NCBI GenBank assembly: GCA_964016885.1
Contig: OZ024740.1
Location: 88,350,001 to 88,414,000, forward strand
Direction of reading: 5' to 3'
DNA: 64,000 bases
From: Eledone cirrhosa
Taxonomy: Eukaryota
Positions within the stretch are counted from its first letter, which is position 1. Every line of letters begins with the position of its first letter. This document shows positions 40,670-54,147 of the stretch, piece after piece. Under the pieces are notes generated by a model. It worked only from the letters and a program-made list of their open reading frames with translations. It ran no database searches and was not told where the DNA came from. The position numbers were made by a program, and so were the translations under genes.

Positions 40670-43632
40670 CTACAGGCTGATATAGAGAGAAGGCCCATTC
40701 ACTCGGGCCATTCTCGCCACTTTCACCCACCTTTCATAAAACTTGCTGGGGTAGAGCACCTCTCTCTCCATTCTGATCCTTCTTCTAAAATGGTACTTAA
40801 AAGGACCAGTTGTTGGCCGGAGTGAAAAGTGTCTGACCTCAGCCCTTTCAACCTCGTCCACCATATATAACATCTTTCGCACTAGCTATCACACAGAGGA
40901 AAACCGCCTCTCCTTCGTTCCTCATAGCCCCACAAGTCAGCAACGTCCGGGCAGTGTACAAATGCGTGCTCGACGGTTTCCTCGTCACGCACGCATCTCG
41001 GACAGATCTTCTTCGAGGGGTCCCTACCCGGGTGCCCGTGTCTGTAGAGTTTGTCTCGAACGGGTAGAGCTCCTCGGTAGCACTGCCAAGCCAGGGACTT
41101 TTGGAAGTTGTACATCGGTCCCGGGACAAACGTCCTACAGAACAGACTGGCTAGCTCGTCTTCCTCCATGCCCAGAGCCTCTCCGAGAGCGTCGTCGCAC
41201 TTGCTGCGCACCAACCCTCTATAGAATGTTGAGGTTGAGTCTCCACTGATTGCCGGATCCGCTTGCCAGAGGGCCGTGAGCGCCTGGGCACATTCAATGT
41301 GCCAGTCGCCCACTTTTCTCGGTCTTTGCTTGACCCAAGATTGCAGCTCGGTGAGTGAGACGAGTCTCGGAAAGGCTTGCCTCACAATAGGGGCCCACAC
41401 CGGCTGACCGGTGAAGAATACCTGGAGGTGTCGTAGCCTTAATGCGTGTCTATGCATCGTCAGCCACGGCATCCTCAGCCCTGCGTTCGAAGGGTGTTGA
41501 CAGCAGATGGATCTAAAGGAGCCCTCTTCTTCCAAAGGAACCCGGAAGAGCCTGCGCTCCATTTTGGCGAGCCTTTTTGCTAGGCAAGGAACGACGGTCA
41601 AGCGGTAGCAGATGACGGACGCTATATAAGTGTTCGCCACCTCCGCTCGACCTTTCAGGGATAGTTTGCACTCGGCCCACTTCTGGGCGAGTGCAAACAC
41701 CCTGCCCGTTACCTCGTCCCAGTTTTTCTTCACTTGGAGGTCCCGTCCGAACCAGACCCCCAGAAGCTTCACCGGTGCCTCCGTCCAGCGTCCGACGACG
41801 CCATCGGAGAGCATCGGTTTGCTGTCCACGTTCCGAGTTGCAAACCGATGGACTTGTCCCGGTTCAGCTTGGCTCCTGTAAACCTTTCGTATTCCTCCAT
41901 TAAGGTGCCGATCTGCCCGATTTCCGAGGCGCACGACACCATTACTGTCACGTTATTGGCGTAGGCCGACACATCTTTCTGCAATCCCGGTTCCAAGGGG
42001 ATTCCCTGCAACAGCTCCAACTTCCGCAGTAGTGGCTCGAGAGCCAGCACATACAGAAGGGGGGAGAGAGGTCATCCCTGTCGGATGGATCGCCCGATTT
42101 GGAACGGCTCCGAGAATGCAGCCGTTCACCTTGACCCTCGAGCAGGTGTTGCTGCTGTGCATTGCAGCAATCCATCCCCTGAAAACGGGTCCGAAGCCTG
42201 CCGGCGCGAGCACCGCATCCAGGTACCGATGGTCGACCCTATCGAACGCCTTAGATTGATCCAAGTTAATCAGGGCCCCACCAAAGCCGGGTTCGTTCTC
42301 TTCACTCTCTACGATGTATCGCATGAGGTAGAGGTTGTCGTGTATTGACCTGTACTGGATTGCGCATGTGCGCGCTTCTCCCACCAGGTTCCCGACGACA
42401 AGCGCCAACCTCTTCGCTAACACCTTGGTCAAAAACTTTAACTCTATGTTTAGCAGAGTTATGGGCCTGAAGTTATCTATGTCATCCCCTTTGTTCTCGT
42501 CCTTCCTCACCAGCGTGACTACGCCCTTGGTCACAGAACTGGGAATTCTCCAGTTCTGTTGCCAGTTGCAGTAGACCGCCTCAAGGAGATCGGAGAACAA
42601 GTCCGTCATCACTACATAAAGTTCGTATGGTAGACCATCGAGACCGGGAGATTTGCGTTTACCGCATTGGCTCAGCGCTTCCCCTATTTCAGCGGCTGAA
42701 ATCGGCCTTTTGCAGGACTTCGCCTCCACATCCGAGAGCCGCGGCAGGACGTCGAGGTATGGGCCGAAATCCATGGCCTCACCTAGCCCGCCGCCCCTCC
42801 CGAAAAGTCGTGCAAAGCGCCGTTGAAAGGCCGCGAACGTCCGCTCAGGTTCAAGGATCACGCGTCCATCCTGGTCCTTCAAAGACCGAATCGTGGACTT
42901 GTTTCCACTTTTTGCCTCTGTCATTCGGGCCCAACTAACAGCTTTGGCTCCCTCGTTGCCCAGAGCACGTATTTTACTCCTGACAACACAGCCCTCGTGC
43001 TTCGCGTCAAAGAACTGGTCTATGGCGGTTCTTGACGCCAGCACACCGGCCACGTTGCACCTCCTAATCGCATCTTATACTCTATCTATCAATTCCCTTT
43101 CAGTTCTATTCCTATCTGATACTAATTCCTGACTAAAACCTATCGATTCTATTCTAATTTCTCTCCTGAGAGAGCCCCACCACCTGCTGTTGACAATTGC
43201 CCCCGTCAACCGCTGCTTAACTAGAGTGCTAACCCTCTTTGTCGGTAAGGACAACTTTAGCTTCCAGTAACCGGGTCCTTGTCTATGGGTTCTATCAAGG
43301 TTAACCACTCCGGTCACCAACTTGTGATCCGAATAGTCAACCATGAACATTCGTAGGACAGCTTAATATGTCCCTACCCTTATTTCTAACTAGGAACCTA
43401 TCTAGGTACGACCTAGATGTTACGCCGAGATTAGTCCACGTCCACAGTGGCACAGTCGGAAAATTTAGTCGATATCCAACCCCCGGCTGACAGAGAGATG
43501 CATAGATCTCAAAGTCGTCGAAGATGTGCTCGCTGCTGATCCTGGACTTGCAAATAGCTATCACATCCATTCTGTGCCATGATGCTTCCAGGACATCCCC
43601 AGGCCACGCACATTTAAACATCCAACTCTTAT
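40670..43632 (-). pseudogene. ORF2 (APE endonuclease, RT, zf-RVT) with multiple frameshifts
   Basis: MPVIRVGCLNVRGL; WTW..SYLDRFL; SDHKLV; GYWKL; KSPGLDGLPYE; NFRPITLLN; LDQSKAFDRVDH; AYANN (decayed YADD); KLLGVWF. Confidence 0.92.
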
Positions 43633-43838
43633 AACAGGCATGTTGGTGGTGAAGTGTTTAGAGTGGAGAAAAAGGAAAAGACACCTACCTGTCCTTCTCC
43701 TGGGGACCAGGCTGCACAATTTCCATGGGGGTGTCGGCGGTGTTGTTTGGTGGGGTGGTTGTTTGGGATGTGGTGGGGACATCAGTGTGTGTGGTGGTGT
43801 GTCTGGGGTGGTGGTGGTGGTGGTGGTGGGGAAACATT

Positions 43839-44822
43839 TCAAGAGGACGCGGTTGTTAGGTCTAGTACAGGGGTTCCCCACGTCCTCGGGAAAGTTCTGT
43901 TTGAGCATTGCGGTATTCTTGCTATCCGTTCTGGTCTCATTTGGACCAGAACTTCAAGGCTATTGCCGTCGAATACGCCCCCGGTGGATTCGCCTATCGA
44001 AAGGATTGTGTCCACATCTTCTAAGAATCCCGTTAGCACCCACCAAATGCTCGCATTTGGCCTGATGCCCGAGATTCTTATCTATTGAGTTCTTTTCTCC
44101 AAATATGTGGGGAAAAAGGTGTATGCTTTGGATACATTTGGCGACACAGAATATTTCCGTGCCGCCAATTCATCTTGCATTAAAACAGATATACTTCCAT
44201 ACAGTTTCCCTTTCTGTATGAAAGCGATATCCTTCCAGGAACTACTTAGGACTAGCTCAATTTCGCTTTGGGACAATTGAGCCGGTTTCCTAGTCGTGTT
44301 CGGAACTGTCCTAAAGATTACAGTCCTGAGAACTGTGTCCCTTCTAATTTCTTCGGGGAAGGTAATTGTGAATTCCCCACCTTTCCCGAAAGTTACACAA
44401 TTCCTTGCTTCTTTCAGCAATTTCTTGGCATTCGAGATGTCCAGTGCCTTGTGTGTCGGCGTTTCTCGGACCGCCTGTGCGAAGGAGACTGCAGCTGTGG
44501 GTCCGTTTTCTTTCGTGTTGTTATCATTGTTGTTGTTGTTATTCGTGTTGACTTGCTTTTTTCCTTTGTTGGTGTTGTCATTGTTGCTGTTGTTGGATGT
44601 GTTGTTATTGTCATTGTTGTTCTTGTTTGTGTAATTGTTACTTTTGGGGTTTTCACCCATTTCCATAATTTTTTCTTTTGATTCTGTGGTGTCTTTTGCT
44701 GGAGTGAGGAAGGAAGGCTTACAGCATTGTGCTGCTACCTTCTCTCTATCACTTTCCTTGGGGGGCGTGGCATGCGTCGTATTAATAGCGTCCATTGTCA
44801 CTAAACGACTTTTTATCGACAA
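43839..44822 (-). pseudogene. ORF1 (gag-like) of the Tx1/L1 element, disrupted
   Basis: 246-aa ORF with Asn-rich segment and SFAQAV motif, continuing in 43839-44039; lies upstream of APE. Confidence 0.7.
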
Positions 44823-45415
44823 CTTATAACTATCAAATTTCGTCCCAAAAAGGGGCGAAATTTATTTTACCCAACGTCTGCAGGCCCAGGCGATGGGTTA
44901 AACACAACAAATAACAAATTACTTAAACAGACCTACCGCTTCTCGTAATAAATTCCGACAAAATGCAGGAGCGAAACAAAAACACGTCTATCTTCTCCGA
45001 GATAGATAGATAGATAGATAGATAGATACATAGCTCAAAATGAATAAAGATAAACATTTTCTTCTTCTTCACTCACTTATTCCTGAGAAAGTCCTCAAAC
45101 ACTTATTCCAGGGGATTATAGAACAAAGTTGATTATTTAAAGCATATTACATCAAACATAGCGTTATGAGTATATCGGCTAAAACTAGATTTTTAGAGCT
45201 TCATTTATACAAATTATTTTTAGGCATGATAATATATAAGTAGTATAGTCAAACATAGTAAGGAAAAGATACGTTTATAATGAAACGTAATTCTACTTAT
45301 ATGATTGCTTAGACTTAGGTTTCAGATAACCAAGAATTATGCTAATCACCATAATTGAAATCGTTAATCAGTAAATTAAGGCCGTCATTACTCATCATTA
45401 AGCTCTTCATACCTA

Positions 45416-45473
<58 letters not shown>

Positions 45474-45624
45474 ATTTATTTACCACACCGCATATATATT
45501 TATTTCTAATATCAGTTATACTAAACATTATTTACAGCTTTTTCAGGAAAATTCAAATAAATTGTCTTGTGTTGGTAGCATAGTTTAGAGAGGGACTAAA
45601 TTTACAACAAAAAAAAGACGTTTA

Positions 45625-46725
45625 TCTTTATAAATAAAAGTCGAATCGTGTCCATCAGTCCCCGTGTCAGTTCACCGATGGAAGTAGGAAAGTGGAAAAT
45701 TCTACGGTGAAAAAAAAAAAATCAAACCGCGTTTTATCTTTTGCACAATGCTGTGTGTGAGTATATGTGTGAATGTGTGAATGAATGTGTGTGTAAAAGG
45801 GGGGAACGGGGATGGTGAAAAAACTGCCGCAAAAACAGACTTCCGAACATTTCCACGCTCTGCTTGAGTGTATGTGTTTGTGTGTTTGTGTGAATGTATG
45901 TGTGTGTTTGTGTGTTTGTGTGAATGTATGTGTGTGTTTGTGTGAATCTATATGTGCGAGTGTATGTCTGTATGTGTGTATGCGTGTGTATTTGTGTGCG
46001 TTTATCGGTGTTTGAGGGTTTATATTTATACACGCAAATATATATAATAACAACGATATTAATTCAAATGTAAATACAGGTGTATATAACGATTCGAATG
46101 TAAATAATATATTCAATATGTTTGTATATATAAGAATATGTAATTATACATATGTGCTCATTCTACCAGCGAAGAGCTTGTTTATAAGTGAGTGTGTGAG
46201 TTAGAAAGTGAGAGAGTGAAAGAAACAGACCTAAAGACTGAAAGAGAGGAATAGTTACAGAGGGTGAGAGAGAATATGTGTGTGTGAGAGAGAAACACAG
46301 AATGAGAACGAGAGAAAGAGAGAGAAAGAACAAGTTTGTATCAGAGTAGAATCAATTGAAAGAGAGCCTACACAAAGAGAGGGAGATAGCGGGAGAGAGA
46401 AATACTGTATGTGTATGTTGTGTCAGTGAAAATACGTGCGTGTGAGAGAGACATCGCTTTGCTATTGTAGCAGTGATAATGGAAGTGAGGGGGGAAGGGA
46501 GGAGACTAAGTAATGTCAGAAAAAGAGGAAGAGAGCTACTTCTCTCACTCTTAACTCTCTCTCCTTGTCCAACCCCCTCTCTCTATTCTCTCTCTCTCAC
46601 TCACTCACTCACTCACTTACTCACATTCGCTCTCACGAAAAATACTCCGTAATTCCAAAACAAAAGAACGCGAATTTCTACTTCTAAATGTTTAACGAAG
46701 AGAGTCGTTGCGATTGCTTATGTGT

Positions 46726-46814
<89 letters not shown>

Positions 46815-47625
46815 GGTGTGTGCGTGGGTGTGTGCGTGGGTGTGCGCGTGCGTGTGTGTGCGTGTGTGTGTGTGTGTGTATGTGTGTTGTGTATGGGTAA
46901 ATGTGTTACTGTGAAGATATTAATGTAATTTCACTCATTTTTCATTTAATCCCAATTTCAATTTTCAAAAAATATGCGAAGAAGAAAAATGTTCTCACTC
47001 TCCACAAGCTCTTCAGACGTTGTTAACGAGACAAGAAGAGATGGGGGGAAGGGGATGCAGAAGAAAATTATTCTACAGTGCAGCAAAGGCAAGTACAGGT
47101 AGTCAGAGCAAGGGCATTAGAGTCCCCTGCACACCCGACAGCAAAGATAAGAAAACGACCGAGGGAGGGCTGCTGAACGTAGGGCCAATGAGTCACACGA
47201 GGCAAGGGAAAAACAGTCAAAACAATTACGTCAACAAAATACAACTTGCAGCAGCCAAGAATCAGAAAAGGAAAGAGAAAAACGTTTAAAGGATGCAAGA
47301 CAAAGACAAGCTGCCAGAGTTGCCAATGAGGTAACAGTTAAGCGAGAGATTAAACAGAGAATAAACCAGGAGCAAACAGTTGGTGCAAGACTTCGCCAAT
47401 TCTCAGAGGAGGGACGTAAGCGTCTTGATCAAGATAGGCTGAAAACGTTTGACAAAAGTGTAGCACCTTTCAATGGGACTTGAAAAAGATCAGTTTTCAA
47501 CTATGACCCAAAGAATGACAATTGTACACAGAAATTGATTAGTATTGGTGCAATGTCAAAATAGTGCAGTTTTTGTAAAGGAAAGAAATGGGAAAGAGAA
47601 ACCCTCACTATGTGTTGTGGAGTAG
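45625..47625 (+). mobile_element. Helitron 5' portion, decayed, truncated by a SINE
   Basis: A|TCtttataaataaaag start; 47490-47620 translates FNYDP...SIGAMSK*CSFCKGKKWERETLTMCC, homologous to the 3286-3600 region. Confidence 0.68.
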
Positions 47626-47805
47626 CAGTATCCGTAGAGCGCCAGACACCTGCTTTTCAGCATAGAGTTATAGTCCTTTACGTTCTGAGTTCAAATCCCG
47701 CCGAGATTAACATTGCCTTTGATCCTTACGGGGTCGATAAAATAAAGCACCAGTAATAAACGGGTATAATTGCTGGCCTTGTGCCAAAATTAGAAACAAT
47801 TATTA
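47622..47805 (+). mobile_element. tRNA-derived SINE
   Basis: Consensus match. Confidence 0.85.
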
Positions 47806-48601
47806 TTTGATATTTATTTGTATATATATGTCATTCACTATTTTAAAATGATTAAATGCCTGGATTTATTCTTTGAATTTTTTCTATGAGCTGTTTTTGG
47901 GAGACAGGACACATGTTCGAGATTATCTCAATCATGACATCCATAGCTTTGAATGTAATATATATATATATATATATATTACATTCAAAGTTATATATAT
48001 ATATAGAGAGAGAGAGAATGGAAAACGAAATATCAGTGATGCATTAGAACTCAATTTATTGTGTTACAATTGTTTCCCCGACGAACAGCTTGAGGTGCGA
48101 TCCGTGTGTGGATCTACCTGACTCTAGTCTCGCAGGTTCCTCGGACACGTCTATTGATTTCGGATCATATCCTCTTTCTGGAGTTTTCTGGCCCTACAAG
48201 GCTATATCGGCCACCTTCATTCGCTTTGCGCGTCCTTGGGTTGGTCACTGGTTAGTGACGTCATCATTATTCTGACCACTAGTAGCAGCCCGGTGACCGT
48301 TAGAGCGTGAGCTGTCAATCACCCACTGCGCCGTCGGCAAAATTTCTGCTGTTTGTCAGTTCACACTCCCACTCGCACGCACACACACACAGATACTGAC
48401 ATATACATACAGAGTAGCTTGTGTGTTTACGTTTACACACAGAAATAGTCACACAAATATACGCATACATGCCCATAGAGAGGCACACACACACACACGC
48501 GCGTTTATATACGCACGCATATACACAGAAACACACACATACATGCACCCGAATATATACATGCACACACACACACGTACGCATCTGTACATGTACATAC
48601 A

Positions 48602-48643
<42 letters not shown>

Positions 48644-48912
48644 TACATACATTTACGCACACACATATGCACATCTGCACATCCATATGCATACATACAA
48701 ACACATACATATACATATATACACACATACATATACATATATACACACCCACCCACACGCCCACACACATACGTCTACACACACGTATACATATACATAC
48801 ACACACACACACATGCATATACATATACACACAGACACATATATACACACATACTTACACACACACATATACACACATACATACATACACATACATATAC
48901 ACACATATATAC

Positions 48913-48968
<56 letters not shown>

Positions 48969-49398
48969 TAATAATAATAAATTTGAAGACTAAAATCCAA
49001 AGAGGGCTTGATAAGGATAAATATATATCAAATATACAAGAACCGTAGAGCAAATAAATATATATATATATATACACACACACATACCACAATACATTTC
49101 CCCCCTGCACGGGTGCATACACACACACACAGACTCGCACATATATTCTTACACATATGTATACATGTATGTACACATATCTACACACATATAAAATAAT
49201 ATACAAAAAATACATGTAAGAAAAGCATATGAAGATACACCTTGGGTTGTGTATGTAGACGGAGTTGATATTATGCTGCCAACATGGATAAATCCGCGTA
49301 TAGGCACCTTAAGCAAGGCTACATATGGGAGTTCATGGTATTAACGTAAAGAGTGCTCAATCGGCATAGCGCCCATGGAAGCATCTTTGCTACCATTA

Positions 49399-49509
<111 letters not shown>

Positions 49510-49671
49510 ATTTATCTATTAAAATAACAGATTAAAGTTTAAACAAATAATCGCTGCTTTCACCCTTAACGGGATCTTCTGAAACTATTTGCTCTACGGT
49601 TCTTATATATTTGATATATATTTATCCTCATCGAGTCCTGTTTGGATTTTAGTCTTCAAATTTATTATTAT

Positions 49672-49708
<37 letters not shown>

Positions 49709-49711
<3 letters not shown>

Positions 49712-49914
49712 GTTATTCCGGGTTGAATCGGAGGTAACCACAGTAAGTAAGGTACTCAATACATAGCAGAGTATAACAGTTTTAATATAGATGAGATTCT
49801 ACAGGACTAGAACTGTTTCATTCATTAGAAATCATCAGGAATCCCAGAGATTCCTGATGATTTCTAATGAATGAAACAGTTCTAGTCCTGTAGAATCTCA
49901 TCTATATTAAAACT
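49709..49914 (-). mobile_element. ~200-bp fold-back mini-element consisting of two opposed hammerheads plus a tail
   Basis: Perfect arms 49778-49843 / 49849-49914; tail 49709-49777; (TA)n on both sides. Confidence 0.88.
49847..49899 (+). ncRNA. Type I hammerhead motif (mirror ~49793-49843, minus strand)
   Basis: gagattc-CTGATGA-t ttc taat gaa t-GAAA-cag ttctagtc ctg-TA-gaatctc; 7-bp stem I, GUA site, short stem II. Confidence 0.82.
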
Positions 49915-49936
49915 ATATATATATATATATATATAT

Positions 49937-51017
49937 CGTAGTCGACAACACCTACTTCGGATTCCTTGACCAAATATACCAACAAACCTCGGGATTGCCC
50001 ATGGGATCAAGTCTATCAGGTGTACTAGCGATCTCCTACATGGACAACCTCGAACGAAAGGCTCTCAACGCCTGCCACCCCAACGCCGTAGCCTTTTTCT
50101 CAAGATACGTGGACGATATCCTCATCCTCACATCTTCCCAAGACACGGCGAACAGAATCTATGAGACGTTCAACAACACGGACGAGAACATTGACTTCAG
50201 TGTTGAACACCCCAACGAAGACGGGTCACTTGCCCTCCTCGACTTCCGAATCAACACCACGGAACAAGGAGGGATCCACTGCAACTTCTACAGAAAGGCA
50301 GCCTGCAGGGACCTATTCGTTCACTACAAGTCCGCCCTCCCTAACAGTGCCAAAAGAGGATACATCACGAACGAGATCGCGCGGATCAAAGACAGATGCA
50401 GCGATCCCGCGAGTAGTGTCACTCATACCAAGCGATTCCTCGAGGTGCTGGAGACGAACGGGTACCCTACCTCGATCACAGACAGAATAGGAGACACCAG
50501 ACGCAAGAGACCGAGAAGCACCCAAGGCAAGTGCTTCCTTAAAATACCACACCTGGGCGAGTAAACCACCAACGCTATCCGCAAGGCTATACGGAGGGAG
50601 GGCCTCGACATCCACCTGGCCCACTCGGGCCCCTCCCTGCGAAGATGCCTCTCCAGGAAAACCGAAAAGTCTACTGACGCATGCTCCCTCAGAGACTGCC
50701 CGATACGCCATGCTAACTGTTGCCTACGCACATACGTCGTGTATAAGATATAATGTGACAGGTGCAACCAATACTACATAGGTAGCACAATTCGACCTTT
50801 GCACATCCGGATCAAGGAACACATTAAAACCAGGGCCTCGTCTTTCCGGAAACACATAGACAAATGCGGAAACAAAGACGGAAGGCCCATTGTCACAATT
50901 CTAGCGACTGAAAGAAACGTCGGCACGTTACGTATTAAGGAAGGGCTTCTTATCAAACGACTACAACCGCAAATAAACAACCGATTAGAGAGAAGCGAAA
51001 TGAAATGGCTGGTTTAA
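49937..51017 (+). pseudogene. PLE RT C-terminus and GIY-YIG endonuclease with in-frame stops (~50562, ~50751)
   Basis: YQQTSGLPMGSSLSG, RYVDD, LLDF, FYRK, L..NGYP; VVYKI*CDRCNQYYIGSTIRPLHIRIKEH; KEGLLIKRLQPQIN. Confidence 0.92.
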
Positions 51018-51726
51018 GTTAACAAGCGATGCAACAACACACAACACACGCACACACACACACACGCAAACGAGACAACTACACACACACACGCACACAC
51101 ACACACAGTAGCATTCCACCATACGAACATACTACACTGCCAATACAGATGAACAAGGCAACTACACACGCACACACACACACACATACTCAAGCGAGAC
51201 AACAACACACGCACACACACACACAGTAACATTTAACAAGCAGGCAGAGAATGGACTGACAGCTAGCACCATCCCACTCCCTCATTCGGCCGTTGACTTC
51301 TGTACGACCGACCCCATTTCACGCGCACGCGCGCTCGACCGAATACCTCAGATATTCAAATCAACAAACAGCGAAAGACGCGTTCCGAATTGTCCGACAG
51401 ACAACCTTTTCCCCCACCCCGGAAAAAAAACCCCAGTTGATGGATGTGAATCCGAAATATATAGGGACTATTAAATCTCTCCCAAGGTAACTCTCTCTCC
51501 TGTGTTGTTATTATTATTTTTACCCTTTCACTCTTCCCTTCATTCTACACATCTCACACATCTTATACACACCACGCATCTCAACGTACACCCACTTACA
51601 TATCTCTCTCTCCTCCACCGGACCCTGTTACCCGGAGATTTACCCATTTGCATTGTCGAGGCTTCCAAACGACTTATAAATATGTACTTATTGTTCCACA
51701 ATGCTTCAAGCAAACTTCAATACTCT

Positions 51727-51727
<1 letters not shown>
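49937..51727 (+). mobile_element. 5'-truncated Penelope-like element (second family)
   Basis: RT and GIY-YIG coding region, CA-rich 3' UTR, pLTR with degenerate hammerhead at 51431-51466; (TA)n on both sides. Confidence 0.92.
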
Positions 51728-51767
<40 letters not shown>

Positions 51768-51769
<2 letters not shown>

Positions 51770-53034
51770 GATATTAATAAATGGAAACTATATTTATAAA
51801 ACCATATTTATTTCATTATACATATTTCAGGGATACCAAATTAAATTATGGTATGCCTTCATCAGACAAAATACAATATATAACAATTTTACCAATAAGC
51901 TTTGACGTACCCTATGCAACCATTATTTTTGGAAGCCATCCGGATAGTGAGTTGTTTATATTATTTTAATAAGTCATAGTGTTAAGGACAATTAGAAAAA
52001 GACGGAGAGAGAGAAAGGAAAAAACGTGAAGAAGTATCAGAGAGAGAGAGATGCATGCAGAAAAAAGAAAGAGATAAATAAAGACAGGAGGAAAGAAAGA
52101 AAAAAGGAAGAAATAAGAAATAAGAAAAACAGAGGAAAGCAACAGAGAGATATTAAGTCATTAGACAGATAGGAAAACTCAAGAGAGAGAAATATTATAT
52201 ATAGAGAGGGGGAAATAATGAAAATTTTACGTCATGTCATTAAGTTGAGTTAACAATTTATATGAAATGAATAATAAAAATATAAATATTAATATTCATG
52301 AATGGGACATAAATATATAATATGAGAAATTAAGCATTGTTCAATAATGACTACATGTTTAGTTTAAAACTTGAGATCAATATACCAAAATTTGGGTTTA
52401 ATCAACCAAAATGCTACAGAAATCAGTATCTTAGGCAAAGACACACAAATATATATATATATATACGCACGTCCTGAAAATATATTTACTCAAGTCAACA
52501 ATATAGACATATAAAACGCAGACGATTTCTCTTAATCACTGCTATACATTCCTTGTGCTATAAAAAAGTTCACAGTACATATACATAAATATATACGATT
52601 AACATTCCTGTCTTCATATATACGATTACCATTCATGCATTTAACATTCTGTTAAAATTATGCATATCTGCAATCAAAACTGCGTGGTTAAGCAACATAT
52701 CTCTTACCCACAGACATAGATATACATACATATGACTTATTAAAATAATATAAACAACTCACTATCCGGATGGTTTCCAAAAATAATGGTTGCATTTTAA
52801 TAGGGTACGTCAAAGCTTATTTGTAAAACTGTTATATATTGTATTTTGTCTGATGAAGGCATACCATAATTTAATTTGGTATCCCTGAAATATGTATAAT
52901 GAAATAAATATGGTTTTATAAATATAGTTTCCATTTATTAATATCGTATATCTACTCCAAATACTTGTCGAGTGCTTTATATCAGTTATAAAAATATTTA
53001 CTTGTTGTATCCCAACAATTTTAAATAGAACTTT

Positions 53035-53038
<4 letters not shown>
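51768..53038 (+). mobile_element. Fold-back element, family K
   Basis: Arms ~51766-51977 / ~52732-52949; ~750-bp spacer; tail 52950-53038; (TA)n on both sides; no ORF. Confidence 0.87.
52843..52905 (+). ncRNA. Minimal type I hammerhead motif (mirror 51810-51872, minus strand)
   Basis: attttgt-CTGATGA-aggcatacca taatttaatt tggtatccct-GAAA-tatgta-TA-atgaaat. Confidence 0.8.
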
Positions 53039-53083
<45 letters not shown>

Positions 53084-53582
53084 GAATAATCGAGTATCGA
53101 AAAATCGGCGCACGAGTTCACGATAAACAAAATTCGAAATGAGCGGCAGATATATATATTTATTAAAATAACAGATTAAAATTAAGCAAAGAATCGTGTG
53201 AGTGCGCGTTATATATGTATTTATGTGTGTATATTTATATAATTATATGTATACACGCACACACACATATACATATATATATATTTTAATGACGTATTAT
53301 CTTCGTTTTTATCCGTTCTGTGCCAGGGAACGTTTCAACGAACCAAAGTATCGTCTTCCTGTCTTCCTTCGGTTGCACCGTTTTTTGAAATATTTACTTC
53401 TGCGTTCACAGATTGATTTTTTTTAGTTTCAGAAGATCCCGTTAAGGGTGAACGCAGCGATTCTTTGCTTAAACTTTAATCTGTTATTTTAATAAATATT
53501 TGCTCTACGGTTCTTATATATTTGATATATATTTATCCTTATCGAGCCCTGTTTGGATTTTAGTCATCAAATTTATTATTAT

Positions 53583-53652
<70 letters not shown>

Positions 53653-53958
53653 TTATCTATTAAAATAACAAATTAAAGTTTAGGCAAATAATCGCTGCTT
53701 TCACCCTTAACGGGATCTTCTGAAACTATTTGCTCTACGGTTCTTATATATTTGATATATATTTATCCTTATCGAGCCCTCTTTGGATTTTAGTCTTCAA
53801 ATTTACTATTATTACTATATATTGTTATTAATTCTGGCAATATTACACAAATATGACCCTCCCCAAGTATATCAATATTTGTTTCGACACACGATTTCAT
53901 ATAAAAAACCTCGCAAAACTAATTCATCGCCGTTACAGACAAACGCAGCCGAGGTAAA

Positions 53959-54045
<87 letters not shown>

Positions 54046-54046
54046 T

Positions 54047-54139
<93 letters not shown>

Positions 54140-54147
54140 CTATCTAT

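Larger units (their letters stand above)
40570..45000 (-). mobile_element. Near full-length decayed Tx1/L1-clade non-LTR retrotransposon
   Basis: ORF1, APE, RT and zf-RVT in order on the minus strand; 5' end abuts (GATA)n at 45001-45028. Confidence 0.93.

Noticed and set aside
48278-48305. Possible Helitron 3' end on the minus strand (CTAG plus GC-rich segment)
   Set aside because: Hairpin incomplete and orientation opposite to the 45625 Helitron; no matching 5' end.
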